Source: an uncultured Pseudomonadota bacterium
Lineage (GTDB): Bacteria > Myxococcota_A > Polyangia > Fen-1088
DNA: 64,000 bases
Reading direction: 5' to 3'
Assembly: GCA_963847705.1 (NCBI GenBank)
Contig: CAWKBC010000030.1
Location: 320,001 to 384,000 of the forward strand
Under the pieces are notes generated by a model, which worked only from the letters and a program-made list of their open reading frames with translations, was not told the DNA's origin and made no database searches. Each line of letters starts with the position of its first letter. The stretch's first letter is position 1. Positions 51,590-60,112 of this stretch are shown here, one piece after another. The translations under genes and the position numbers were made by a program.

Positions 51590-51751
51590 GATCGCGGGTC
51601 CATTCTCCGCCCATCGGCACTGAAGTTTCCAGAGAAGGCTGTCTCACGCGACGTTGGCACAGGGGGTAGACGGTTCCGTGCCACAGTTCTTCTGCTCGAA
51701 CGGACCGGGGTTGGATGCCAGTTCCCGGTAGTAGAGGACATCGTGGGCGCT

Positions 51752-51905
51752 GGATAACCAGCCGTTGCAGCAGCCGAACGCCACACGCGCACGATCGAGC
51801 GCGGGCTCATGCCGCGACGCCGCAGGCTATGCCCGCGGCTCCTCGCGGCCGTGATACGCTTGAAGGCGACCCTGGCGTTCGCTGCTGAACGGCAGGTCGT
51901 TAGAC
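51752..51905 (+). repeat. attC1 (154 bp)
   Basis: GGATAAC..GTTAGAC; long class. Confidence 0.9.
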
Positions 51906-51918
51906 GGACAAGCGACGC

Positions 51919-52209
51919 ATGTGCCCTTCATGCCAAGAGCTTCAGGTCGAGGTCGCGATACGAACTCCCGGAGAACTGGCCAAGGCGATTCGTGTCGCTC
52001 AAGCGAACATCGTCGACGGAACGCTTCAGCCGATCGAGCCGGCAGGAGCGCAGCCGATCGCGAGCATCCAGCCTGATGGTCCTTGGGAGGACGTAATCTC
52101 CTACCTCTTTCGCTGCGCCAAGTGTGGAACGCAGTTCGAACTCTCGGCCGAGACCTACCATGGGAGCGGCGGCTCTTGGCGACGCCGGGACTCGGCGGGT
52201 GCCGTCTAA
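51919..52209 (+). CDS. Cassette 2: small Zn-ribbon-like protein
   Basis: CPSC..CAKC and YHGSGGSW; the stop codon lies inside R''. Confidence 0.8.
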   Translation: MCPSCQELQVEVAIRTPGELAKAIRVAQANIVDGTLQPIEPAGAQPIASIQPDGPWEDVISYLFRCAKCGTQFELSAETYHGSGGSWRRRDSAGAV

Positions 52210-52288
52210 CCCGCCGTTGCAGACGGACCGGCGCGTCGGTCGCTTCGCTCCCTCTCGCGCCGGCCGCTGAACGGCTATATCGTTAGCC
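52204..52288 (+). repeat. attC2 (85 bp)
   Basis: GTCTAAC..GTTAGCC. Confidence 0.9.
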
Positions 52289-52299
52289 GGACGAAGAAT

Positions 52300-52806
52300 A
52301 TGGGATATCGCTGTCGCTGTTGCGGTGTCTGGCACGAGGAGCGGCCAACGTGCTTCGGAGCAGACCTTCCAGCGGCTCTCTCTGAGCTCTCAGATCTCGA
52401 GTTCCGGAAGCGGGTCGAGAGCGGATCCGATCAGTGCATCCTCGATGGAAAGCATTTCTTCATCCTCGGGAACCTGGACCTCCCGATCCGAGGCTCTTCG
52501 GAGTTCATGAGATGGACCGTGTGGTCCACGCTGAGCGAAACCAACTTCGAACGATCGTCGGAGTTGTGGGACTCGCCCGGAAGAGAATCCGAGCCTCCCT
52601 ACTTTGGCTGGCTGAGCAACCAGATCCCGGGTTATCCCTCGTCGATCAACATCAAGGTCATGGTGCACACAGAGCCCGTCGGCATCCGGCCACGGCTTCG
52701 GGTCATCGAGGATGGACACCCGCTCTTCACCGATCAAGAAGGCGGCATTACGGAAGACCGTGCCGAAGAGTTGATTCATGCCTCCCTACACGGAGACGCC
52801 GGCTAA
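52300..52806 (+). CDS. Cassette 3: DUF2199-like protein
   Basis: CRCCGVWH, DQCILDGKHFFILG and YFGWLSN motifs. Confidence 0.8.
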   Translation: MGYRCRCCGVWHEERPTCFGADLPAALSELSDLEFRKRVESGSDQCILDGKHFFILGNLDLPIRGSSEFMRWTVWSTLSETNFERSSELWDSPGRESEPPYFGWLSNQIPGYPSSINIKVMVHTEPVGIRPRLRVIEDGHPLFTDQEGGITEDRAEELIHASLHGDAG

Positions 52807-52884
52807 CATGGTGTTGCAGCGGCCGATCATCCTTCCTCGCTTCGCTCGGGCGGATGCTCGCCGCTGAACACCAGGACGTTGGAC
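52801..52884 (+). repeat. attC3 (84 bp)
   Basis: GGCTAAC..GTTGGAC. Confidence 0.9.
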
Positions 52885-52893
52885 AGACGAGTG

Positions 52894-53229
52894 ATGAGCC
52901 CACCGGGTGACGCCCATTTTCGAGTGAGCGGGTTGCTCAAGCTTCAGAGCCGCCCCGGCGCATTTGTGTGCGGTGAGATCCTGGATGGTGAAGTGAAGCG
53001 GGGGATGGAGATCCTATGGCCGATTCACGGCAACGCGCTGACGATGCCCGTCGCAGTTCGCGACGTCGAGGTCATCGACTACGCACCGGGTGCGTCGGGA
53101 ATCGCACTGGGCGTTGGCTTCGACCAGAATGAGATTGAGAACGAGCAGCTTCTTCGAGACATTCTTGAAGTCGGGATGATCGTCACGATTCGGACGCCAT
53201 CGGTGTCGGGCTCTGCGGCCGCCGGGTAG
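52894..53229 (+). CDS. Cassette 4: hypothetical beta-rich protein
   Basis: The ORF fills the cassette. Confidence 0.75.
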   Translation: MSPPGDAHFRVSGLLKLQSRPGAFVCGEILDGEVKRGMEILWPIHGNALTMPVAVRDVEVIDYAPGASGIALGVGFDQNEIENEQLLRDILEVGMIVTIRTPSVSGSAAAG

Positions 53230-53231
53230 CT

Positions 53232-53384
53232 GTCCAACAAGCCGTTGCAGCGGATGAACGCCTGCGCGGCTCGCTCGAGCGCGGGCCGTGCCGCGACGCC
53301 GCGGGCTGCGCCCGCGGCTCCTCGCGGCCGTGGTACGCTCGGACGCGACCTTGGCGTTCACCGCTGAACGGCAGGTCGTTATCC
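53232..53384 (+). repeat. attC4 (153 bp)
   Basis: GTCCAAC..GTTATCC; long class. Confidence 0.9.
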
Positions 53385-53393
53385 CGACGAGCG

Positions 53394-53693
53394 ATGCCTA
53401 GGTTCCGCGTGATGGTAAAGGGTGCGCCAGTGTTCCTGCTCGACGTGGATTCGCAGGAAACGCACCGCTTCGGTTTCTACACGACGCGGCTCGTGAAGGC
53501 GGCTACCGTCGACGACGCTGGACGCGCGGTGACTCGACTGGTATTGGACGAGTTCGCGACCCGAGGGACGAAGAATCCTCCGGACCAACCCATCAGCGTG
53601 AGGGTCGAGGAGGTCACCAAGGTGTCCTGGTGGGAAGCGGTGCGAGGGGGCCCCGGACGAGGGTTCACCTTCTATCCTGACGACGTATCCTGA
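53394..53693 (+). CDS. Cassette 5: hypothetical protein
   Basis: The ORF fills the cassette and ends GFTFYPDD. Confidence 0.75.
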   Translation: MPRFRVMVKGAPVFLLDVDSQETHRFGFYTTRLVKAATVDDAGRAVTRLVLDEFATRGTKNPPDQPISVRVEEVTKVSWWEAVRGGPGRGFTFYPDDVS

Positions 53694-53697
53694 AGCG

Positions 53698-53781
53698 GGA
53701 TAACATGCCGTTGCAGCGGACGATCACCCTTCCTCGCTTCGCTCGGGCGGGTGTTCGCCGCTGAACGGCAAATCGTTAGCC
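53698..53781 (+). repeat. attC5 (84 bp)
   Basis: GGATAAC..GTTAGCC. Confidence 0.9.
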
Positions 53782-53797
53782 GGACGAGACGCGACTG

Positions 53798-54277
53798 ATG
53801 CCCCTCAAGTGGTTCGGAGTGAAGGTCTTGGTCCGCACGGACGCCGTGGGTAAGGCCCGCTCGCGCGATGCCCATCTCGACGTCGATGGCGCACTCGTCG
53901 AGGAACGCATCGTCGTAATCCGGTCCGCCACGGCCGAGCGCGCGGGGGAGAAGGCCAAGCGTATCGTCGCGAAGGAGACCCGACTTCGGTACACCAACGT
54001 CTACGGCCAGAAGATTCAGCTGCGTGTGCTGAAGGCGTGGCAATCGTATGAGCTTTTCGACCCGCCGAGTGAGGGTGCTGAGGTATTCTCCGACACTCAC
54101 CGAGTGCCCAAGACCATGTCAGAAAGTACGATCGCGGCGCGCTTCCTGTCGGCAAACATCACTCCGGCCGTGCGGCGCAGACGGGCCACGTTCATAGCCG
54201 CTAAGTTGACCGAGGCATTCAGGCCGCCGGCTAACAAGCCGTTGCAGCGGACGGGCCGGCGGCCGGCCCGCCGCTGA
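53798..54277 (+). CDS. Cassette 6: DUF4288-like protein
   Basis: KWFGVK, EERIVVIRS, YTNVYG and GAEVFS motifs; the ORF reads into attC6. Confidence 0.75.
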   Translation: MPLKWFGVKVLVRTDAVGKARSRDAHLDVDGALVEERIVVIRSATAERAGEKAKRIVAKETRLRYTNVYGQKIQLRVLKAWQSYELFDPPSEGAEVFSDTHRVPKTMSESTIAARFLSANITPAVRRRRATFIAAKLTEAFRPPANKPLQRTGRRPARR

Positions 54278-54294
54278 ACGGCAGATCGTTGGAC
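54229..54294 (+). repeat. attC6 (66 bp)
   Basis: GGCTAAC..GTTGGAC. Confidence 0.9.
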
Positions 54295-54309
54295 AGACGC
54301 GGGTTGGAT

Positions 54310-55272
54310 GTGACATCGGGCGCGGAAAAGAAATGGAAGCGCTTCGAGGACCTGGCAGCCCAGATCCAGCGGAGCCTCGCTCCAGAATCGCGCGTCGAAC
54401 AGAACGTGCGCATGAAGGGCCGGGCAAGCGGGGTGGACCGCCAGATCGATGTCGCTGTGTGGACACAGGCCGGGCAGTTCGAACTCTTGGTTGTGATCGA
54501 CTGCAAGGACTACCAAGCCAAGGTCGATGTGAAGGATGTGGAGGCCTTCATCGGGTTAGTCAAGGATGTGGGGGCGAACAAGGGCGCCCTCGTCTCGGCG
54601 CTCGGCTACACGCAAGCCGCGAAGAATGTCGCCGACCAAGCCGGACTCAACCTCTACACCTTGGTCGATGCGGAATCAGAGGACTGGCCATCGTTCGTCA
54701 CGATGCCGGTCTTGGTAGACGATCGAACGATAGAAGCGGTCAGCTACACGGTTTCGTCGACCCAGTGGGGACGGTCTGGTCTCGATATCCGTGACATACA
54801 GAACCTTTCAGTGTTCAGGCGCGACGGAACACGAATCGGTCCCGTCAGAGACTTGGTCTCGAGGATGTGGAACGAGGACAGGCTTCCAAGGGAAGCAGGT
54901 GAGCATCACGACATTACCTTGGGTGACGAACCAACCTTCTTCCGGAGTGGCACCGACGTCTGGCCTGTCGAGCTGAAGGCCAGCATCCGAGTCTCGAGGA
55001 CGCTGTACTTCGGTCATCTGTCGCTCGTCAAAGTTCGGGGCTTCCAGGACGACATCAACGGAGGCATCCACACCAGATCGATCACCACCGACTGGCTAGT
55101 TTGGGAGAAAGTGAAAGAGACGTGGCAGGTTGTTCCCTCTGAGGACTCCCTTGCCGTGAAGCCCGCCATGATTCAATTCCTTGCAACCTACTATCCGCTG
55201 GAGGGAGAGCCTGAAGACGAGGGCGCTGTCCAACAAGCCGTTGCAGCGGACGGGGCTTCGCCCTGCCGCTGA
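54310..55272 (+). CDS. Cassette 7: Mrr-like PD-(D/E)xK restriction endonuclease with extra C-terminal domain
   Basis: WKRFEDL, RQIDV, IDCKDY and GYTQAA motifs; the ORF reads into attC7. Confidence 0.85.
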   Translation: MTSGAEKKWKRFEDLAAQIQRSLAPESRVEQNVRMKGRASGVDRQIDVAVWTQAGQFELLVVIDCKDYQAKVDVKDVEAFIGLVKDVGANKGALVSALGYTQAAKNVADQAGLNLYTLVDAESEDWPSFVTMPVLVDDRTIEAVSYTVSSTQWGRSGLDIRDIQNLSVFRRDGTRIGPVRDLVSRMWNEDRLPREAGEHHDITLGDEPTFFRSGTDVWPVELKASIRVSRTLYFGHLSLVKVRGFQDDINGGIHTRSITTDWLVWEKVKETWQVVPSEDSLAVKPAMIQFLATYYPLEGEPEDEGAVQQAVAADGASPCR

Positions 55273-55289
55273 ACGGCAGGTCGTTATGC
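55228..55289 (+). repeat. attC7 (62 bp)
   Basis: GTCCAAC..GTTATGC. Confidence 0.9.
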
Positions 55290-55310
55290 AGATCGCGATG
55301 GTCATCGGGG

Positions 55311-55811
55311 ATGCGGGCTGAAGACATCACGAATGCGGCGCGACAGGCGATCGAGGCCGCGTTTCCAGCCTCGCCGCTGCCGACGGCGGAACAGATCCGC
55401 AATGACCACTGTCCGGAGTGCCGTGAGCTCGCTGCACGCTTCTCCGGTAGGCCGTGGCCGGAGCTCACCCTCGCCGATCTCTCAGGCAATCCGAGCCCTT
55501 CGCTGCTGACCACTGCAGCGTTCCGGTACTATCTGCCAGCGATGATGCTGCGGTCGATGGAGGGCCGCCGGGAGCTGGACTGCCTCCCGAGGTCTCTCGT
55601 CAGCGAGTTGTCTCCTGCCGGAGGCGAGCCGAGCGAGAATAGCCGCGACCGGCTGACGGGCTTCACCGGTAGCCAGGTGCTCGCGATCCTCGCGTTCCTG
55701 CGACACTTTGAGGCGAGCGAATCCGAGGAGGTGCTCGGCGACAAGAGCGGTCGGCGGGTCACCGCCCGCGCCATCAAATATTGGAGTGGCCTCGCGGGGG
55801 AGTCTGCATAA
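55311..55811 (+). CDS. Cassette 8: DUF6714-like hypothetical protein
   Basis: IEAAFP and AFRYYLPAMM motifs. Confidence 0.7.
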   Translation: MRAEDITNAARQAIEAAFPASPLPTAEQIRNDHCPECRELAARFSGRPWPELTLADLSGNPSPSLLTTAAFRYYLPAMMLRSMEGRRELDCLPRSLVSELSPAGGEPSENSRDRLTGFTGSQVLAILAFLRHFEASESEEVLGDKSGRRVTARAIKYWSGLAGESA

Positions 55812-55868
55812 CCGCGCGTTGCAGCGGACGGCGCTTGCGCGCCGCCGCTGAACGCGTGATCGTTAGAC
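55806..55868 (+). repeat. attC8 (63 bp)
   Basis: GCATAAC..GTTAGAC. Confidence 0.9.
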
Positions 55869-55882
55869 GCACGGAGCACGAC

Positions 55883-56380
55883 GTGGGCGAGAAGATGTAC
55901 ACCGCGAAGGAAGGGTTCAGGACGATCGACCTCCTTCACTTCGGCCTCGACCACATCAAGGCGGCGCGCCTGCTGTTTGAGGCAAGCTACGAAACCTTCG
56001 ACTCAGCGGGCCACCTTGCGCACTTGGGGATCGAGCTCTTGCTGAAGGCGATCCTGCTGGATTCGAACGGCGAGTTCCCCAACCAGCACAGTCTTCTTAA
56101 GCTGGTCGAGGCTATCCGTGCTCACAGGCCAGGATTCCTGACGGGCGGGGATCTGGAGAGGATTCTCAAGCACCTTGATCCATTCGTCGTGCTTCGGTAT
56201 CCGGATGCAAAAGGATCGAAGAGCGTCGGCGATGAGGATTGGGACCAGATCGAGCGCTTACGTGATGCGACCATCGCGGAGATGCCGCAAGGTCTTAGGG
56301 ACGAGATTCGAAGGATCGATCCCACCAAGAAGGGCGGGCGGACGCTCATGGAGTTGCCGAAGGTGGGGTCGTCTACTTGA
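55883..56380 (+). CDS. Cassette 9: HEPN-domain protein
   Basis: HLGIELLLKA, HSLLKL and LRYPD motifs. Confidence 0.8.
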   Translation: MGEKMYTAKEGFRTIDLLHFGLDHIKAARLLFEASYETFDSAGHLAHLGIELLLKAILLDSNGEFPNQHSLLKLVEAIRAHRPGFLTGGDLERILKHLDPFVVLRYPDAKGSKSVGDEDWDQIERLRDATIAEMPQGLRDEIRRIDPTKKGGRTLMELPKVGSST

Positions 56381-56390
56381 AGTCGGCGGC

Positions 56391-56474
56391 ATCTAACCAC
56401 GCGTTGCAGGCGGACGATCGCCTTCCTCGCTTCGCTCGGGCGGCTGCTCGCCGCTGAACGCGAGATCGTTAGCC
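56391..56474 (+). repeat. attC9 (84 bp)
   Basis: ATCTAAC..GTTAGCC. Confidence 0.9.
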
Positions 56475-56480
56475 AGACCA

Positions 56481-56936
56481 ATGCGAACGCCACATGAACT
56501 CGCAGATGCGGTCGCCTCGTTCGTGGACGCCAAGCGCAACGCACCATGCAGTCCTGACGAGTTAGCGTCGACCGAGCGGAGACTATGCATCACCTTGCCC
56601 GCGGATGCGCGCGCGTTCTACGAACAGATGAATGGAACGGCAGACATGACCGACGTCGATCATGGCCTCATCACGCTGTGGTCCCTCGACAAGTGGCAAC
56701 GGGTTGAAGATGAAGCGCCTCAGTACGCCCAGGGACATCTTGCGAACACCGTGGTCTTCGCCGATCATTCGTACTGGTGTTGGGCCTATGGAGCGCGATT
56801 CTCCGCCGAGACGCCCGATCGGATGGAAGTTGTCCTGGTGGCGAACGGTGCTCCTGTTCCGATCGCCGAAACATTCACCGACTTTGTCCAGATGGTGCTC
56901 TCTGGTGACCAGGCTCTATACGGGAAGGCTGGCTAA
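56481..56936 (+). CDS. Cassette 10: SMI1/KNR4 (SUKH) family protein
   Basis: ERRLCITLPADARAFYEQMNG, VFAD and IAETFTDF motifs. Confidence 0.85.
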   Translation: MRTPHELADAVASFVDAKRNAPCSPDELASTERRLCITLPADARAFYEQMNGTADMTDVDHGLITLWSLDKWQRVEDEAPQYAQGHLANTVVFADHSYWCWAYGARFSAETPDRMEVVLVANGAPVPIAETFTDFVQMVLSGDQALYGKAG

Positions 56937-56992
56937 CCCGGCGTTGAACCCGACGGGCCTTCGGCCCGCGGGTTAACGCCACGACGTTAGCC
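56931..56992 (+). repeat. attC10 (62 bp)
   Basis: GGCTAAC..GTTAGCC. Confidence 0.9.
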
Positions 56993-57012
56993 AGACAGAA
57001 GGAACTGTTCCG

Positions 57013-57456
57013 ATGCGTGCGTTCTGGACCGTTCTCGTTCTTGCCATAGGCCTTTCAGGTTCGTCGAGGGCTGACGAGAAGCCCTACGCGCAGTTCGGGA
57101 CCGATATCGCGCGGGTGGAGTCAGGGGGCGTGTGGAAGACTGGCACGCAGTGGGGGCGATACCGAGCCGTTGTACGGCGCGGCTGCTCACCAGAACACTG
57201 CTATGACGATCTCTTCGTCGAGTGGATCGAGGTGATAGAAGGTGGTGGCTCGAAGGTTGTGGCCACGACACACGTCTCGGAGATCCCGGGATTGACTCAC
57301 GTCTCGGACGTGCGATTCCTGTTTCCGAAGAAGGGCACGGAACTGGAGGTTCAGCATGAAGGCGGCGATGGCGCTGACAAGTGGACGTTGTGCTTCGATC
57401 TCGGTCTCCCGGGGAAGTACACGACCAAGAAGGGGAAGTGCGAACGTGCTGGCTAA
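57013..57456 (+). CDS. Cassette 11: secreted hypothetical protein
   Basis: Signal peptide; GCSPEHC motif. Confidence 0.75.
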   Translation: MRAFWTVLVLAIGLSGSSRADEKPYAQFGTDIARVESGGVWKTGTQWGRYRAVVRRGCSPEHCYDDLFVEWIEVIEGGGSKVVATTHVSEIPGLTHVSDVRFLFPKKGTELEVQHEGGDGADKWTLCFDLGLPGKYTTKKGKCERAG

Positions 57457-57534
57457 CAAGGCGTTGCAGCGGATGATCGCCCTTCCTCGCTGCGCTCGGG
57501 CGGGCGCTCACCGCTGAACGCCAGGTCGTTATCC
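57451..57534 (+). repeat. attC11 (84 bp)
   Basis: GGCTAAC..GTTATCC. Confidence 0.9.
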
Positions 57535-57544
57535 GGACGGACGC

Positions 57545-58090
57545 ATGCTCTTCGTCAGCACGAGACAATGTTTTCGGTATGGCGACCCTGGCTGGGACAG
57601 CTACGTCGCCTCGGTTGAGCTGCCGCATCTGCGCGAGGTCCGAACTATCGATGCGGGACTCAATAGATACGTCGATCAGTGCGGCTGCGTCTTCTGCGAT
57701 TCATCGGAAGTAGAGTCTGTGCTTGCGATGCTTCCGAACCCGACTGACGGTCGGGGGTATTATCTACTCGGCCAGTCGCTCGAGTCCGAAGGCGGTGGCG
57801 CTCCCGACGGTTTCGAGTTCCTGGGTTGCGATCTGAGCGACGAGACGATGACGTCATCGCTTCTGAACTGCGGTCCCTGGAAGGGTCGTCTCCGGCCACT
57901 CGTCAGCCGACTCAACTCGTACGGACTTCTCTCGATCGCCGATGCCCGCGAAGCCCAGAGACTCTTGCCACTCGAATGGGGAGCCGAGGAACCTCATGCA
58001 GCGGCAGATATCTGGGTACTCTACGGGCGAGGGGCGGGGACGCCGGATAACCCGGCGTTGAACCCGACGGGCCTTCGGCCCGCGGGTTAA
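57545..58090 (+). CDS. Cassette 12: hypothetical protein
   Basis: FLGCDL..SLLNCG..LNSYGLL; the ORF reads into attC12. Confidence 0.75.
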   Translation: MLFVSTRQCFRYGDPGWDSYVASVELPHLREVRTIDAGLNRYVDQCGCVFCDSSEVESVLAMLPNPTDGRGYYLLGQSLESEGGGAPDGFEFLGCDLSDETMTSSLLNCGPWKGRLRPLVSRLNSYGLLSIADAREAQRLLPLEWGAEEPHAAADIWVLYGRGAGTPDNPALNPTGLRPAG

Positions 58091-58106
58091 CGCCATAGCG
58101 TTAGCC
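58045..58106 (+). repeat. attC12 (62 bp)
   Basis: GGATAAC..GTTAGCC; near-identical to attC10. Confidence 0.9.
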
Positions 58107-58116
58107 AGACAAGGGA

Positions 58117-58371
58117 ATGCGGATGCGAGTGGACGAGGCGGAGCAAGTATTCGCGATCGTGCGCGTCGACAAGTTCCAGGTTGCCGACGCGGCGGCGATC
58201 GATGACGAGACGTGGCCGGTTGTGATCACGGTGAAGGGCATCCTTCCTTCCAAGGAAGCTGCCATCGCCGAGACTGCTCGCCTGAACGCATTGAACGCGG
58301 AGAAGGGCTGCCTCTACTTCTGGCAAATGACGAGGTCACTGGCCGATCGGGCCGATGTAGACGCTGGCTAA
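58117..58371 (+). CDS. Cassette 13: small hypothetical protein
   Basis: RLNALNAEKGCLYFWQ motif; the ORF fills the cassette. Confidence 0.75.
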   Translation: MRMRVDEAEQVFAIVRVDKFQVADAAAIDDETWPVVITVKGILPSKEAAIAETARLNALNAEKGCLYFWQMTRSLADRADVDAG

Positions 58372-58519
58372 CAAGCCGTTGCAGCAGACGAACGCCACAC
58401 CTTTTCGCGCGAAGGCGGGCTGATGCCGCGACGCCGCGGGCTACGCCCGCGGCTCCTCGCAGCCGTGGTACGCTCCAAGACGACCCTGGCGTTCGCTACT
58501 GAACGGCAGGTCGTTAGCC
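58366..58519 (+). repeat. attC13 (154 bp)
   Basis: GGCTAAC..GTTAGCC; long class. Confidence 0.9.
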
Positions 58520-58528
58520 GTACTTCCT

Positions 58529-58753
58529 TCAGCGACGCGCGACGAAGTCGCGGACGTCCATTCCGATGTCTCGCGCGATCACCCGTAACAGTGTCGGCGA
58601 GATGTCCCTGCCGGGATGGAATGGAACCGTGGTCGCACGGCCGTCCGCATGACGGTACTGCCGGTGGGAGCCGCGTTGTCGAACTTCGAGGAACCCGAGG
58701 CGTTCCAGAATCCCGGCGACCTCACGGGGTTTGAGGACCGGAACGTCGCCCAT
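58529..58753 (-). CDS. hicA: Cassette 14: HicA toxin
   Basis: LERLGFLEVRQRGSH..TTVPFH. Confidence 0.92.
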   Translation of the reverse strand: MGDVPVLKPREVAGILERLGFLEVRQRGSHRQYRHADGRATTVPFHPGRDISPTLLRVIARDIGMDVRDFVARR

Positions 58754-58754
58754 T

Positions 58755-58964
58755 CTATGCGACCTTGACGGTCTGCGTCCCGATAAACTCCCCTTCTAGC
58801 TTGGGCTCGCCGTCCTCGAGAAGCATCGCGACGACCTCTTCGAGGTTCTTCCGTAACTCGTCGATGCTAGCGCCTTGCGAGTGCGCACCCGGCCATCCCG
58901 GGACATAGCCCACGAATAGACCCGTGCCGGGATCCCGCTCGATGACGGCCGTGAAGTTCCGCAT
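58755..58964 (-). CDS. hicB: Cassette 14: short HicB antitoxin
   Basis: FTAVIERD..VPGWPGAHSQG..EL; no DNA-binding domain. Confidence 0.9.
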   Translation of the reverse strand: MRNFTAVIERDPGTGLFVGYVPGWPGAHSQGASIDELRKNLEEVVAMLLEDGEPKLEGEFIGTQTVKVA

Positions 58965-58972
58965 GAGGATCA

Positions 58973-59001
58973 AGGGTAGCGCGCGTGCAGACGGCTAACA
59001 A
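58973..59001 (-). promoter_or_regulatory. Putative hicBA promoter overlapping the attC14 R'' box
   Basis: Minus strand reads TTGTTA-17 bp-TACCCT, 8 nt before the hicB ATG. Confidence 0.5.
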
Positions 59002-59146
59002 GCCGTTGCAGCGGATGAACGCCTGCGCGGCTCGCTCGAGCGCGGGCCGTGCCGCGACGCCGCGGGCTGGCGCCCGAGGCTCCTCGCGGCCGTGGTACGC
59101 TCGAACGCGAACCTGGCGTTCACCGCTGAACGGCAGGTCGTTAGCC
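58993..59146 (+). repeat. attC14 (154 bp)
   Basis: GGCTAAC..GTTAGCC; long class. Confidence 0.9.
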
Positions 59147-59264
59147 GGACGTGAGGCTCTGAAGTGATGATGAAACGCTGCTGTCATGTCGGAAGTGGAT
59201 TGGCCCTGCTTCCCTGATTGGTGCGACAGATGGCCGCTTATCGTGTTCCTCATGTTGGGCGATC

Positions 59265-59477
59265 ATGAAGACTGACGGTGCTCGAGCATTTCGGGCGGGT
59301 ATTGCCACAGGCGTCGCGATTCTTGCAGTCGTCTACTTCGCGCTGGGAAAGAAGGGCTGGCAGGTGTTCCGCATAGCGATGCTGCCACCTGCTCTCGGGA
59401 TGTTCTTCGCGAAGTTCTTCCCTTCGCTGACGCTCGAATCTGATTCCGGCGAAGCCAGTAGCGAGACTGCCGGCTAA
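59265..59477 (+). CDS. Cassette 15: small two-TM protein
   Basis: Two hydrophobic segments; the stop codon lies inside R''. Confidence 0.65.
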   Translation: MKTDGARAFRAGIATGVAILAVVYFALGKKGWQVFRIAMLPPALGMFFAKFFPSLTLESDSGEASSETAG

Positions 59478-59625
59478 CAAGCCGTTGCAGCGGATGAACG
59501 CCTCTCGCTCTGCTCGAACGCATGCTCGTGCCGCGACGCCACGGGCTGCGCCCGCGGCTCCTCGCGGCCGTGGTACGCTTGGGCGCGACCGTCGGCGTTC
59601 ACCGCTGAACGGCAGATCGTTAGCC
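59472..59625 (+). repeat. attC15 (154 bp)
   Basis: GGCTAAC..GTTAGCC; long class. Confidence 0.9.
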
Positions 59626-59629
59626 ACAC

Positions 59630-60025
59630 GTGTCGATGCTCAGTCTCAAGTCATCGAACTCGGACGCGGCGGTCACCTTTTCCGAGGTGGATGGAGACCA
59701 CTTTCGGGTGTCGGTGGTCGCACCCGATCATTCCGTTTCCCGAGTCGTATACGCATACACCGACGCGTTCGGCGTCGCTGATCTGTTCACGCAGGCCGCT
59801 CAGGAGTGGAAGGGCTGGGACGGCGCCAAGGTCTGGCAGTCCATCGAGGGCGAGTTGCAACTGGGGCTCAGCCACGATCGTCGTGGTCACGTGACGCTTC
59901 GCGTTCGGATCTGCTCCGACCGGGGCGGCGCGGACTCATGGCAGCACGAGGCTGACATTGGGTTGGACGCCGGCCAATTGGAAACCCTCGCACTCGGAGC
60001 CAAGACCCTGTGGGCCGGTGGCTAA
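59630..60025 (+). CDS. Cassette 16: DUF6228-like protein
   Basis: WKGWDGAKVWQSIEGEL..DRRGHV. Confidence 0.78.
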   Translation: MSMLSLKSSNSDAAVTFSEVDGDHFRVSVVAPDHSVSRVVYAYTDAFGVADLFTQAAQEWKGWDGAKVWQSIEGELQLGLSHDRRGHVTLRVRICSDRGGADSWQHEADIGLDAGQLETLALGAKTLWAGG

Positions 60026-60103
60026 CAAGCCGTTGCAGCGGACGGGCGCGTCGGTCGCTTCGCTCCCTCGTGCGCCCGCCGCTGAACGGCAGTATCGTTC
60101 GGC
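60020..60103 (+). repeat. attC16 (84 bp)
   Basis: GGCTAAC..GTTCGGC. Confidence 0.9.
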
Positions 60104-60112
60104 AGACAGTGG

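Larger units (their letters stand above)
50046..51664 (-). mobile_element. IS3-family insertion sequence
   Basis: orfA/orfB pair. Imperfect IRs TGTCAACG..TGAGACAGC (50053) and GCTGTCTCA..CGTTGGCA (to 51659). GGTAG direct repeats at 50041-50045 and 51665-51669. Confidence 0.9.
49877..51731 (+). pseudogene. Cassette 1: small Cys-rich lipoprotein split by an IS
   Basis: LGGC lipobox. Removing the IS and one GGTAG restores ..LTQSVDGSVPQFFCSNGPGLDASSR*. Confidence 0.8.

Noticed and set aside
58985-59781. Small ORFs beginning in attC sites (ANKPLQRMNA...)
   Set aside because: They are translations of the repeat itself, with no independent coding evidence.
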